NCBI GenBank assembly: GCA_000708835.1
Contig: DF237264.1
Coordinates: 40,841 to 104,840 of the forward strand
Direction: 5' to 3'
Length of the DNA: 64,000 nucleotides
From: Klebsormidium nitens
Taxonomy: Eukaryota; Plantae; Klebsormidiophyceae
Below the pieces are notes generated by a model. That model was not told the origin of the DNA. It worked only from the letters and a program-made list of their open reading frames with translations, and ran no database searches. The position numbers were made by a program, and so were the translations under genes. Shown one piece after another: positions 24,892 to 37,845 of this stretch; within the stretch, counting starts at the first letter, position 1; every line of letters begins with the position of its first letter.

Positions 24892-27800
24892 ATGGAGGTA
24901 GCTGCAACCCCCGGCTCTCCTGCGTTCGTCGACGCGCAGGAAGAGCAGGATACCTGGGGTGCGCATGAGGCACTAGGCGTGGAAGATGGGACAGGGGCGC
25001 AGGAAAACGGCACAAAGGAAGCGTCCTCAAAGCAGAAGCATTCTGAAGTCTTCATTGCAGGGCTGGACAGAGAAGCGAGAGCAGAGGATGTGTGTAGAAG
25101 GTTTGCGGAGGTCGGCGAGATTGCTTGGGTCAGGCTGCGGGTGGACTCAGAAGGTAGGCCCAATTCGTGCTGTTCACCAGATTGAACGTCTCCGGGTTTG
25201 ATCCACCCTTCTGGTTTCATCCTCCGGTTGTTGCAGGTTGCTTTGTGAAATTTTGCAAAGGTCCAGTTGTGTAGGCTGAAGACTCTGCAAAGATCCTTCA
25301 AATGTTTGGCAGAATGCATGATGTTTAGTGGAATATCAAGAGCTCGTTAATCCACTGAGGTCTTTGCAATGAAAAGGCGAGATTTACGGTTTTGGCCAAA
25401 CTGATGTTGTCATTTCAAATGGCGATCGCAGTTTGACCAGCCGCCAGTTGTCACTTCGTTTAAGGCAAATTTGGACCGCTTTAGACTAGGGTTCGATGAA
25501 ACCAAGTCCGCCAGGTTCCAGCAAAAGCGCCTGTCCTGGCTGAAGTGCACTGTGCAAAGCGTTTGACGCAAAGCAACTTTTGGCGTGCCTGAGACCCTGG
25601 TGACCACTGATGCATTGTTGTCAAAGAGCTCACTACAACAATCCCGCAATTGATCAAACCTTCATTTGACGAAGCTTCCTCACTTCCTGCTTATCAGTTC
25701 ACTTGCTGACACCAAGCCCCCAAAGAAATGCTCTTGCCCACTGTCATTGTCAGGTTTATCTTCGTACGGACAAGTTCAGAATTGATGTACAATTATCATT
25801 TGAGCAGGTAAGAGAGGCAGTTAAGGCACTCACTAATCTCAAACCCAGCAGCTCGGACTCAAAGCCACGTTAGTGCAGGCCAGAATCTGGCCCTCTCGTC
25901 CAGCGTTAATGCACTCTTATTTTTCTAGAGGTCCTTTACATTACCAACAAAAGGAACAGCCATCACCAGTTGATCAGCAGAAGGGACCTCCATTCACCAA
26001 CCTAAGGAACAGCAATCGCCTATCTGGCAAAACCAAGGCTGACCCTGTATTTCACAACTGACAGGTTTGAACAAGGGCTACGCTTTTGTGCGCTACAAGT
26101 CGGCCCTCTTCGCGAAGCGAGCCGCTGAGGAATTAGCTACGGGGGTCGAGATCTGCGGCAAGAATGTTTGGGTCGTGCTGGCTGAGGACAGCGACACGCT
26201 GTTCCTGGGGAATATCAACCGGGACTGGTCAAAGGAACAGGTGCGAGTTGAGAGTTTCCGTTTCAGAGTGTTCTGTCTAGGGACAAACAACTTCTGGACT
26301 AGTGTCAGGTTTGATAGAAGTATGTGCTCTGTTCTGTTGCAATAACGCTGTTCCTGGGGACTGGTGAAAGAACAGGTGACGGTTAAAGTTTTCATATTTT
26401 GGGTGGATTTATACCAGGGTGAACAACTGGCAGAGGTTGTTTCGTCAGTCTCGTAGGATCGCAGTCCAGGTCACATTGCTCTGTTTGGGGCTATCGTGGA
26501 GCCAACTTGAGAACCTACCTACTCGAACGGTTTGCAATTCTGCAGCTTGTGCATGATTACAAGCATCTGGTCACGGTCAGTCTTTTTTCTCTCAGGTTCT
26601 TCCTGACCATCTTCAGATCTCTGTGTTTTGGGCTTTCATACATCTATGTTGCCATCATGTCTGACGGTTTGAGATTTCCCCAAATCCTTGCGCTTTTTTC
26701 TCATAGAGCAATTGAAATACCAGGCTACAAAAGTGCCATTTCCCCAAGCATGGTCCTTCGAGGGAACTGTAGATGGCCTGGCCACCCGCATGTTCGAATT
26801 CCCTTTGTCCAGCAATCGTCCGCAGCTTTGCTAACTGCTCGAGTGTTACGCTCTCTCAGCTTTCTTTCTTCATTCTTCTCCCCTTGTTTGGTCAGCGTAC
26901 TCAGAAGCTTCTCCGCATCACTGTCGACCACCTTGTACTCATGAGACCAGGGGATCGCATCACATACTTCGAAGATGGGAGTCTCCTTAGGAGTCGGGTC
27001 TAATGTCGACCTTTTCCTTCTTTTATACCATCTCAGGTGCTTGAGAAGTTATCCGAGTACAAGGTGGAAGGCCTGGCAAATCTGCTTCTCATGGACGACA
27101 AGGAAGCCGGCAAAGCCAACCGGGGCTTCGGGTTCCTGGAGATGACGTCACAGTCTGCCGCGCTCAAGGCCCTGAGACTGTTGTCCAAACCGGATGCTAA
27201 GTTTGGGGCGCATCTGCCGGCAAAGGTTAGACCAGCATAACATGTCTTTGTATATGACTGACAATCAGTCGCAAAGTGTGTCGCGATTCCTTCGCATTTG
27301 CAGGCAGGTGAGGGGGCAAGAGGTGAGTATACATCTAAGAGTAGGCGTTTTGTGTCTACGCACGTTGTCCATCGAAAACAATCCTTGGCATGCTTTGAGG
27401 TTGGAGCGTGATTAGGCCTGCCTTTTCTTCAAACGCAGGAAACACGGATCGCCCATACATGGCATTCGTGACTGCAGCAGGAGTTTGATCTGCAAAAAGA
27501 GTCGATGGGGAATACGGGCAAGAGCTGTCTGGGCTGCCCGGTGGAACCCGCCAATGACGCAAGAACTCGCTTGCCCCATTGCTTTGTTCATCGAGGTCCT
27601 TCGGTTCTTGGGATCCGTCTAGCCGAAGTAACCAATACAACCAGAACCGAGATCGAGCCTCCCCGTCGCCTAAGCTGTGCAGGTCTCATGGGCCACTCCG
27701 CTGATCCGAACCGCCAATGAACTTCTCGTCAAAGTCACGTCCGTTTTCCTTTTCCCGCGGTCTGTCTGGTATTATAGTAGACACGACCAGACTGTAATCA

Positions 27801-30800
27801 GTTTGATTCACAGAGCTCGGACAAGGAGAAACGATCTTCACACAATCGGAACCGGAGACGCTGTCAACGGTGTCGGTGCGATCGGAGACTCAAGAGACTG
27901 GTGCCTGCACGGCGAGTAACCTCAGCCCTAGATGCCTTCCTAAACGCAGATCTGACGGCTTCTAAGCTGTGCCTTGGAGATCACAAGGCTTAACTTGTGC
28001 AGGTTCCACCCAGGGGGGTCTCACTACAGTCGTCAGATCCTGGAGACCATCTGACGGTTGAAACCAACTTAGAAGCCCAGCCTACGTCACCAGCACGTTT
28101 CCAACAGTGTCCCTGGACCCGATACTGCAAAGACTGTTTTCCTTGTCCCCGCTCTCACACTCTTCTGCACTTTGCAGGTCACATGGGCCGCACCGCTGAT
28201 CCAACCCGCAGAGGAACAGCTTGCGAGAGTCAAGTCCGTGTTCATCGACGGCCTTCCTGAGAGCTGGACGCAGGAGACCGTCCGAGACCACTTTGCTTCG
28301 TATGGCGAGATCCTGAGCGTCGTACTGTCCAAGAACATGCCTAACGCCAAGCGGAAGGGGTACGGCTTCATCAACTTTGCGGCTCGGGAGGTAAGGCGTC
28401 AAGGGTCCCAAGACCTCCAGGAGTTACACAGTAACCTTTGATTATGTATGCAGAAAAGTTGTGAAGCTCGGTTGAGTTTAGTTGGTCGGCGAGCAAGTTT
28501 GTGAAGCACAGCTTAAGTTTATATTAGAGGCGACTTTTGGACGAGCAAAAATCCGGTGACCCGTGATGTCACGGAAGGGTGGCTGAACGAGCGGTGTGCT
28601 ATGCTTGCTCCTGCGGACAGTGCTTCATGACGTGGAGGGTCGGGGCACTCACTTTGGAAATGAGCTGTCAGTGAGCCTGCCTCAAACTGGACACAGGGCG
28701 TTTGCCTCCAGTGGATTCCGAATGTATCGTTTCAGCAGGGTGAGACAACTTCACCGCTGGATGAGGGATGCAGCAAGAACGGAGCTGATTCTTTAGCTCG
28801 GTGGTTTTTTCGTTGGAAGGCAACACAAGTCCAACGGAACAGGGAGGATTCGGGTATCTGGTATCCAACATTGAGGTTTTCTTTCCATGCGTGCGTCTCT
28901 TGGATCGTGAAACAGGGAAATGGTCCGCAAGTGGCAGACTCATAGTAACACTCTCGTGTACTCGACTTGAGCTTAACATCTTCTTTCAACAAGTATGTGC
29001 ATCGTGCAGGCTGCCGAGAAGGTCATAGCGGAGCTGAACGGGAAGCAGATTGGGACCGGGGACACTGCTTTTACGGTCCTCATCAAGCTCGCAAACCCGC
29101 CAGTGCAAGATCGGGGGACAGGGGGCCGCGGCGGCCGAGGGGGGGGCCGGTTCGGCAGGGGCGGGAGGGGGGGGCCGCCGGCGGTTTCATTGGACTCGGA
29201 ACTGGTGCGGATCCTACGGGACCAAGTTAAAGAGGTTGAGAGATTCTTCCCGGAGGAGATCAAAGTCTTCAAGGTTGAGGAAGTGAAGAAAGTGAGCGCC
29301 GAGAACGGGAGCGCGTTGGATGGGGGGAAGAGGAAGGCTGTTTCGGAAAGGGGGGGTGCGGAGAAGCGGGCGAAGGTGGGGGGGGAAGCGGGGATCCTAA
29401 AGTCGATACCGGCAGAGGTGGCGCCAATGGGGGAGTGGCTTTTGAAGGCTGGGGCGATTGAGGAGCGGGACGAGATGGCCAGAAACGAGACTGTTAATCG
29501 GGTTGCTGGCAAGTCAGAAGGTGCAGGGAACCAGGGGAGAGTCGCTGAAGCTGCAGTGAGGGGGGAAGTCAGCCCGGGGAACGCGAAAAAGGTCGAGGGG
29601 AGAGCGGACGCATCGAAAACGGTTTCAGCCAGTGGCTCTGCAACGGTCAAAGGAGAAGCCGTCGACGCGAATGGCGAGGAGGCGAAAGTACAGTCAAGTG
29701 TACTGACTGGTGAAAAGCTGGAAGCAGGGAAAGTGGCGCAAGGGGTTTCGGGTGCGCAACAGACCAAAGCGCCGGAAAAGCCATCCATATCGCCAACCCC
29801 CGGGAAAGCCACTCCGGTTAAGGACCAATTCAGACCGGTGAACGGACAAACGCCCCCACTGGACAGCGTAATTGCCTCAGCCAAGACGACCACCCCCCCG
29901 GTTAGTAGCCGAAATTACTCCAGTTCAAAACAGACCTCATCGCCCGTGCCGACAGTCGGCGAAACAGGGCCCGCCCAAGAAGACCCTGCCGAGGCAGCAC
30001 GTGAGGGCCCCGTAAACGAGAAGGCGGCACCGGACACCACTTGGGACTGCCTGCTGTGCGGGGTTGCGAATGCGAGCGAGGCCGAGTTGCTGACGCATAA
30101 GGCGACGAGGGTGCACCACATTGTGGAGCGGCTGAAGAACGGGCCCAAGCCCCTGGTCAAGACGCCGCTGAGTCTGCTGCATGAGTATGCTGTAAAACGG
30201 AGAGCGGAGGTAAGGAGAAGCTTTCCTTTAAGCAGATTCGTGTGTGCGCTTCCCTCTTCGTCCTTTTCTTCCTCCTCGGACAGAAAAGTGGGGGAAAATA
30301 GTTGGACAGATGTCCGCTGACGTTGCTGCCCAACGAGCTGTCAAGCGGACGGCGGAGGTCGGAAATTTTGTAACAACATCTGCCCACTCTTCTCTGTGAT
30401 GCTTTGTCGGCTTCCAGCAAAAGAGATTCGTTTCGTGTCCTATGCAATAAGAACGGTGTCAAAGCCCCTGGTCGATTCAGTCCGCTTATAGTCAGTAATC
30501 TGTCAAATAAAGAGTGGCCTGAGGGCGTTGAAGGCACCCGAGCCTGTTAGTCTAGATCAAGTGGACTGCATGAGCCCATGACTTATGTGCCAAGTCAACG
30601 AGGTCAAAGGCTGACACAAGTTCCCGTTAAAGCCTCAAATGCAGGCCCCATGGTTCGGAAATCTCATTACAGGCTACTTATCCATTACCCAAAGCCTGAA
30701 CCGCTCTTGAATGGCTTCTCAGCTACAAGAAGGCCGACGAGAGCGGGGTCCCCTAACCTTGTGCTTGACCTGCTAAGCTTTGCGGCTTCAAAGCTTTACC

Positions 30801-33800
30801 CTTTTTCTCTGCTTCGCAGCTGATTGTCTGAGACGCTGTTGCACGATCGCCAGGCTGTATTCGACTTCTTTTCGACTTGCTGAGCGCGACACCTCGGACG
30901 AAAGTCTTGAACGGCCCGCTCCAGAACCTGCGTATCTTTTGACTTCCAAAAGGACGACGGACCGGCTTTCTCGCAGCTCCTCGTTGAGACGGGCGAGACA
31001 CAGACAGAGTGCGATACCCCCAGTCAAACTTACCAAATGCACGGATTCTCCCTATCTTCGATCTTCACAGCTTAACTTGAAGTCGCTTTCATCGCAGCTC
31101 ATCTTTGAGACGAAGGCGGACGACCTCCAGGGCCCCTTCGAGGTGACGGTGACCCTGCGCGGCGGGCCCGAGACGCGCGTACAGCAGATGGAGGGCGTCG
31201 GGATCGGGCGGGACAAGAAGCGGGCCAAGCAGGCGGCGGCGGTGACGGCTTTGCTGAAAATCCTGGAGAGGTGATAAAATAATTGCAATTCCGTTTCCTT
31301 GATTGGAGTCGTAGCTCAAATCAGTATCTGGGATAGATGGTTGAAAGCCTGGTGAAATCTGGACAATGAGCTGCGATGCGTCAGCAGTGGTAGCCATCTA
31401 AAAGACCTTGGATTGGTACAGGCCTTTAATATTCGTTCTTAGATTTGTGTGTCAGGTTTTATGGTGCTTGCTTTTCTTCGCTCTTGTTAATCAAGCAACA
31501 GGACCGATCATTGGCACCATTTGAATCGGAACGTCGTCAGAAGCGGGCCAGGTATTGATTGTTGAGTGATTGCCCCGCTCAAGGTCCTGAAATAGTTCTT
31601 AAAAGACCCTCAATCTGTCTGTTTTACGTCTCAAAATCAGCACAATGGTGAAAGGAGGGACTGAATGTGCTCCATGCTTCTGTCAGACCTCCTGGAAGTA
31701 GTATCGTTTGAGAAGGAAGAGGAATATGGGATCTGTTCAAATTGGCTTCTTCTCACATTGAAGGGATAGGTCTTCGGTGCAAAGTGTGCCACTTGTGGCT
31801 CGTGAAGCTCGCGCCTGGCGATCTAAGTTTGCCACGTGTCACTTGTGCAGGTCACCAGAAGTCGAGGCGGAGCTGCTCCGACCGAAGGTGGAGAAGGCCC
31901 CCTTCAATCCGAAAAGCCCCAGCAGCTCCGCAGCGGGGGGGCAATCCAACCCGGCGCAAGCACGCAGGCCAGACCCCCCCTTTGCGGTCGCGATCCAAGG
32001 AGCGATTGCAGGGAAAGCCGCCAGCAACGGGCGTGCATTCGGAGCCTTTTCACATGGGGGGAGGGGCGGCTCAGTATCGCAGCGGGGGGGGCGAATCAGC
32101 CCAGGAAGGGGAGGGGGGTCAGGGTTTGGCGGCCGAGGGGGGGTCGAAGCTGATAGTGTCAATAGCATTCCGCTTGGGGGAGGCAAGAGAGGCGTTGGCG
32201 CGTTGGGCGGTTTGAAGAGGGAGAGGGGTTTCGAAGGTGCGGTTAGCGTAACCCGCCAAGTCCCCCGGCCAAGAACGGAAGGCTTTGCACCGCTGCCTGA
32301 TCGGGGACCCGCGTTCGCGTCGCCCTTCCGCCAAGGATCCCCTAGCCGGAATATTGGAAGAGCAACTTCGCCTGGCGATTCCGGGAGCTTTAGGGGTCCT
32401 CGAGACAACTCGGACGCCGTGCGCGCGGCTGCGCTAGTTGCGGCTTACGGTTTCGATGACCCTTCTCCAGTCAACACCCTTCGGAACGCGTCTCTGTCCC
32501 GCTCGGTTTTTGAGGGTGCTTCGGCGAGCGGGTTTGGGGGTTCGTTACCGAAATCCACGTCGTTAGTGAGCCACGTCGAGAGCCACATGGCTGGACGGAA
32601 ACTACAAGGCTCGGCGAAACACCTGAATCTAATCGGAGGGCAGAAGAAAATGCCCACACAAACCGGTAACCCATACGGGCGTGTTGAAAGCCGGACAGGG
32701 GGAATGCCAGAGGTGGAGAACCCTTATTCGAAAGTGCAAACCAAGTGGTTGACCGACGCTAACCCGGTTACTGACAGGCAGAGCGCGTATATGGGTGCGT
32801 CAGCAGGGGCGTCAGCAGGAATGATGAGCTGGCAGCAGGGGGGCGAACAAAGTGTCCGGAAGGAGGAGAAAGGATCCCGAGCTGGGACCAGGTATGCAGC
32901 ACTGACGGGATACTCATCCTATTTGCGAGGTTGCAATCGATTAAAAAATAAACCAGGTTTCTGTTGCTTGATCCGTATCTCCGGAGTCTGGTCTGATCGT
33001 GAAGGTTAAGGTTGATAATGCTCTAAAACCTGAGAGGGAGGTGCGGATGGTGAGAAGCGCAATGGGTGAGCAAGCTAGGGGTTCGTATTTGGGTCTCTTC
33101 TGTACTGCTCGTGGCGACTCACAGGCCAGTGATCATGTCCCAGAATCCGAGGGTTTTGGGTGTGCGTTTGGAAGCCTCTACTTGCCAAAACCTGTCACTT
33201 TTCCGGCAACAAACAGGCGAGATTGTGACAAAACTTAGATGAATGAAGCCCAACCTCGCAGAATGTTTGCAAAGACGTCGATCACCCGTGCATGCCACAC
33301 GTTTCTGATTGACATCCCCTAAAGAAGCGTCGAAGCTATTCTCGTCGCTCGAGGCTCTCCATTCTTGAGATTGCCAACCAAGTAATCTTATCATCTTGGT
33401 TAAGATAGAAGATACGTCCGTGGGTTTTGTCACCGGGTCAAGCAAACAGGGCAACGTAACAGGCTGACCAACACATGCTGGAAGCTCCAGCTGGCATTGA
33501 CGTCATCTCGAAAAGATGCTGACGTCATCAGTCTTTTCCTCTGCAGTTTACCCGGGCTCTACGGCTCCCCATACGCTGCAGTTCCCGTCCCCGCTTATGA
33601 CCCGTCCCACCCCAGCTTATACACCTCCGCAAACCCGAGCGCTTCCCAGAATCCTAGTAACGCCACAGGCATGCATTTCGACGGGAACCAACAGTATGGC
33701 GGAAATGCGAGCGCCTCCAAAACCCCGCAGTACGGCACTAACTTACAGAGCCAGTCTCAACAGTTCGGCGCAGCTACTCAGAAGCCCCTTCCGTTCCGTT

Positions 33801-35359
33801 CAACTCAGACACCCCCCCTCAAGCAGCAGCACGCACCTTGGAACTCCCTTCAAGAGCAGACGGCCGCCACGAAAGTGCAAACCAACCCCGCGCAACAGTA
33901 TCACGCCCCAAATTCCCAAATGTCCTCCCTTGACAAAAGTTTCACCGCCAAGGTCGAGCCCACTTCATCAAATCAGGGTTACGCCCCCGCATCAAACCCC
34001 TTTTCTCCGGAGCAAACGCACCAGGTCAAAGCGGAACCCAACCCCTGGGAGCAGTACGGCGCCGCGGCAGCATCTCAAAACCACCCCCCCACTCAGCAGC
34101 ACACTGGCCAGTCTACGATGCCCCCCCTGGAAAATTACTATAGTTCTGCAGCCCAGTTTTCTTCCTCGGATCATACCCAAGCTCAGACAACCGGCTCACA
34201 GAACTACTACGGTTCAGCCCCCCAAACCAACCCCCAAACCCAGAACCCTACGAATACGGCTCTGACCCCCCCCTTGAACCAGTACTACTCGTCAGACTCC
34301 CAAAACCACCCCCTGCAACAAAGGCACATAGCCCCAACGCAACCTCTATCTCAGAGTCAGTACTACGCTTCCCAACCCCCGGCGCAGCATTACACGCCCC
34401 CGAACCAGACCCGCCCGGCCACTTATACCGCTGCGGGGGCGGCTTATGCTTCTGAGACGCTCGCGGCACAAGGGTATGAGGGTTTCGCGCAGCAGATACG
34501 GAGCCTGGCGCAGCAAGGGCTGACTGAGGTGAGGTCTCGTTTCTCGTGTCTCTTTCTCACGTTGGTTTTTCATCTGAGTCATTCCTCTCCAAGCTTTTGA
34601 TACCTGATTCTTCTTTCTTGTGTATTTATTTGCTCCGATCCTATCTTCTGTTGCTTCGCTTTATCATTCCGCACCCTTCCGTGAGAATCGGAAGTTTCAC
34701 AAGCATAATTTCTGTGGCTAATGAAGCTTCGGGCATTCTGCTAAACTAGCCAGCGTATGCCAAGCGTTTAGCTGGTTATCAGACAGGCAATTGGGCGAGG
34801 GACGAATCCTGTCTCATTTCAATGAGACAGCAGGTGCAAGTGCTGCGCAGTTCATGTGCGAAGCATCGTGAGGCCTACCGAAATTGCAATTACGGGTGAC
34901 ACTGCGAAAGTTTCATGATGATCGGTTCCCTCCATAAACGGGCCTTCATCTCTGTTCGTGGTTTGGGGACCTCCTGGGTTCAGCAATGTTCCGGAGCTTC
35001 AGCCTAAGTTCACTTCAGATGCCGAAGTCCATGTTCCGGAAATGTCTGGCTCCACTTTAAATTTGAGACATCATCAAGTCGCCCTTGAGGGTGTTAGCCC
35101 GGGGTGCACAGTAATGAAATAATTATCTCATAGGGCTTCTTCCAGTCCGGAACTTGCGCGGGATTCAGTAAACGAAGTGTGAGGCGTTGGTCTGAAAGAC
35201 GGTCCGAGGCGGCTCATGTTGCAACTATTAGGACGCCTTCTCAACTGTTGAGAGGGAAGCACCGCTACTCTGCAGATCGCAAACTACGCCGGACAAGCCG
35301 GAGCCACCAATTCCGTGTTTGATGCTGCTCCTACAGAGCAGTATCAGGGGCGGTATTGA
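24892..35359 (+). CDS. ~1,439-aa RNA-binding protein: 3 RRMs (hnRNP Q/R-like), RGG, C2H2 zinc finger, dsRBD, G/R-rich region and Q/Y/S/N-rich tail. Exons 24892-25153, 26065-26240, 27037-27225, 28178-28390, 29010-30209, 31098-31270, 31851-32891, 33547-34528, 35276-35359
   Basis: RNP2/RNP1 pairs VFIAGL..KGYAFVRY, LFLGNI..RGFGFLEM and VFIDGL..KGYGFINF. Zinc finger CLLC-x12-H-x5-H. dsRBD TPLSLLHEY...GIGRDKKRAKQAAA. All phases are compatible (4,320 nt). The last three exons are less certain than the first six. Confidence 0.8.
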
Positions 35360-37845
35360 CCGAGTCCAATGAGCAAAGCAGCAATGATGATCAACAAAGT
35401 TATTACAGGGTACAACGTTGATGCATGGGTATAAGATAGGGACCGGTTCGCGTTTTCAGGGTTAGTTTAGGAAGGTGCAAAGATTTGTTTCTGTGAGCAG
35501 GGCTGAGTGCATTGCTTACGCAAAGAAAACGCGTTGATTGTGGCTAATATTCTGCATGATTGAAGGAGGGGCATGTTGATATCACCTTAACCCGGGGATT
35601 GGTGTTGCGGCAGAATTATCGGGAGCGGTATACCTATGTACCGAGTTAGAAGGTCTGTCTACTCGCCCTTTCTCATAAGCACATCCTTCCTTCCATTATC
35701 ACATGCTTTATCCCACGTTTCCTGAGGATATTCAGCAGGCCACACGCCATGCTTCTAGGGTCGGGAATGGCAGCCCTCAGCTCATTAGGGTTTGTAGCAA
35801 GAGTAAGGGGACCGATGGTGTACCTAAATTGGAGAGCTACATATATGGCTTACTCGGGTGCTTGAATCCTAAGACTCAGCAAGCCTAGGCAAGTCTTGCA
35901 TGAGCTTCGAGTTGCCCTTATGCATCGCATCTAATCGATGATCGGGTCGGTTATAAGGGAAACCTCTGCAACGTTGATATATATGGCAACATCAGCAGCA
36001 CAGCGTGTTGAGGGGCCGGGCGAGCTTGATCGTTATCTTAGCTCATCAGCGCCACCACATTTGCGGCTAGCTTCAAAGAGCTATGCGTGCCATGCGCAGC
36101 GGGCCACCGTTTGCTGAGTGGCTAAGTGTGCTCGGCATGCTTCAGTATCGTGCATGGCGCTCAGAGGCGTGCACCTGGACAGGTTTGGTGCAAAGCGTCG
36201 TATTGCAGCCGAGCAAAATTGGTGGGTATGTGTGCAGCAGATTTGAGGTGGTTACGGTTGATATCTTGGTCACTGACCATATGTGGTTAATTACTCCCAC
36301 TAAGTGGCGAAGTCAATCAGTCAGGATATCCCCATGAATCATAGACCCAACACACGATCAAAGCAGCGGTCTCTTTTGGGCCTTACATACTGTATGTGCG
36401 AGTGGGCTTGATTCGATACGGGCCGCCTAGGTTCACCACGTGCGCAACTTAAACAAGTTGTTCAATGCACATGATGCTAAGCACGGCGGCCTCAATCCTC
36501 GGCTACGAAGTATGTTTTATTCAACGGCGCCGCACCAATGGTTCAAAATAACTTACTAAGTTAGGGCCATCTAGGCTTCATCAAGCAAATCGTAAGTGGG
36601 GATTCCATATGGCGATGGGCGGCATGTTCGATTAACATGCAGCATCGCATTGTGGACGTGCATTTCCGAGTGCACGCGAACATGATATGGAGGCGCGCGC
36701 GGACCTTGCCAAATTCAAGTATATGCCCAATTTCCACGCCATCCCTTTTATTGAGCAGCTAGGCGCAAAGCATACGAGCCTGCCGCTCCGGCCTACCTAT
36801 CTACCATCCCACGAATGTTTTGAGTGTGACCGATATGATATACATGCAGCTAGGGCGGGCGCACATGGCATGCTGCAAGTTGAATGTGTCAGACACCCGC
36901 CGCGGCGCTGTTCTAACAGGCAATCGCCCAATTGCGGCCGAGAATATCTTCGATGCGCAACTTGGTGAAATACCGAATCCGTCGAGCTATATTCGACCCT
37001 ACTGATTATATAAAGTCACGCCCCAAAGTTCATTCCTTCAACACCTGAAATCGTTGATACGGCGAAAACTTGTCTTAACAAGCGATTCCAAGCTATATAG
37101 TGCGTCATAAGGCCGGGCAAGTTAACTTTTTGGCTCCCAGTCTTTAAAGTCCCCTGACGCTCTCCTTGAAGTCTGCATGCTGACAGATGCATGGAACTTT
37201 GGCTTGAGCCGAAGTGGGACACGTTCGAGTGGTTGGAGCCAAGTAGGAGTACTTTGAAATCAGCTTGGTCAGCTTTTGCTGTTTATCCTGATGCACGCGG
37301 TTCGTTTGGCTGGCAGGCTACCTTCGTAGCTTCTAAGGAGGGCGTGAAGCCCGTCGCGAGGGTTAAGCCCAGTGCCAGATCTGATTGATCGAGCGTGTTC
37401 GGTCCTTACCTGAATTCTCAGATACACTACAGCCGGCTTATGCAACTCACACCCTTTTTAATTCAGTCTCTCACGGATTGTTAGGGCTGACATCTCAGGC
37501 CGCGGCCTTACGCCCCCTCCCGTACGATACTTAGACTAACCAGGGCCAATAATGATATAACCACCCTTACCCACCAGCCTTCTCTAAGATCCTAACAAGT
37601 CTCTCCTAAGCATGGTGCAGACTCTTCCTTTACTATCCAAGGTCCACCCGGCTCCACCCCAACTAACACCCGTCTTTTCCTCTCACTTACTCATGAGTAC
37701 CAGAGTCATCAGCCCACTTAAATACACCCACCATTCTTCTCTTCGCTTCCCGCACCGTTGCCTTATTCAAATGCAGCACAACTGCTCCCTTTTTAAATAC
37801 TCCCCTTTTTTCCCTTTAATATACGGATCAAATACATAAGCTTGT

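Noticed and set aside
28973-29893. 306-aa minus-strand ORF
   Set aside because: Antisense to the 400-codon exon of the RNA-binding protein.
35400-37800. Possible retroelement or gene relic in a gene-free stretch
   Set aside because: Only short ORFs, and no RT, integrase, transposase, LTR or TIR signature was seen.
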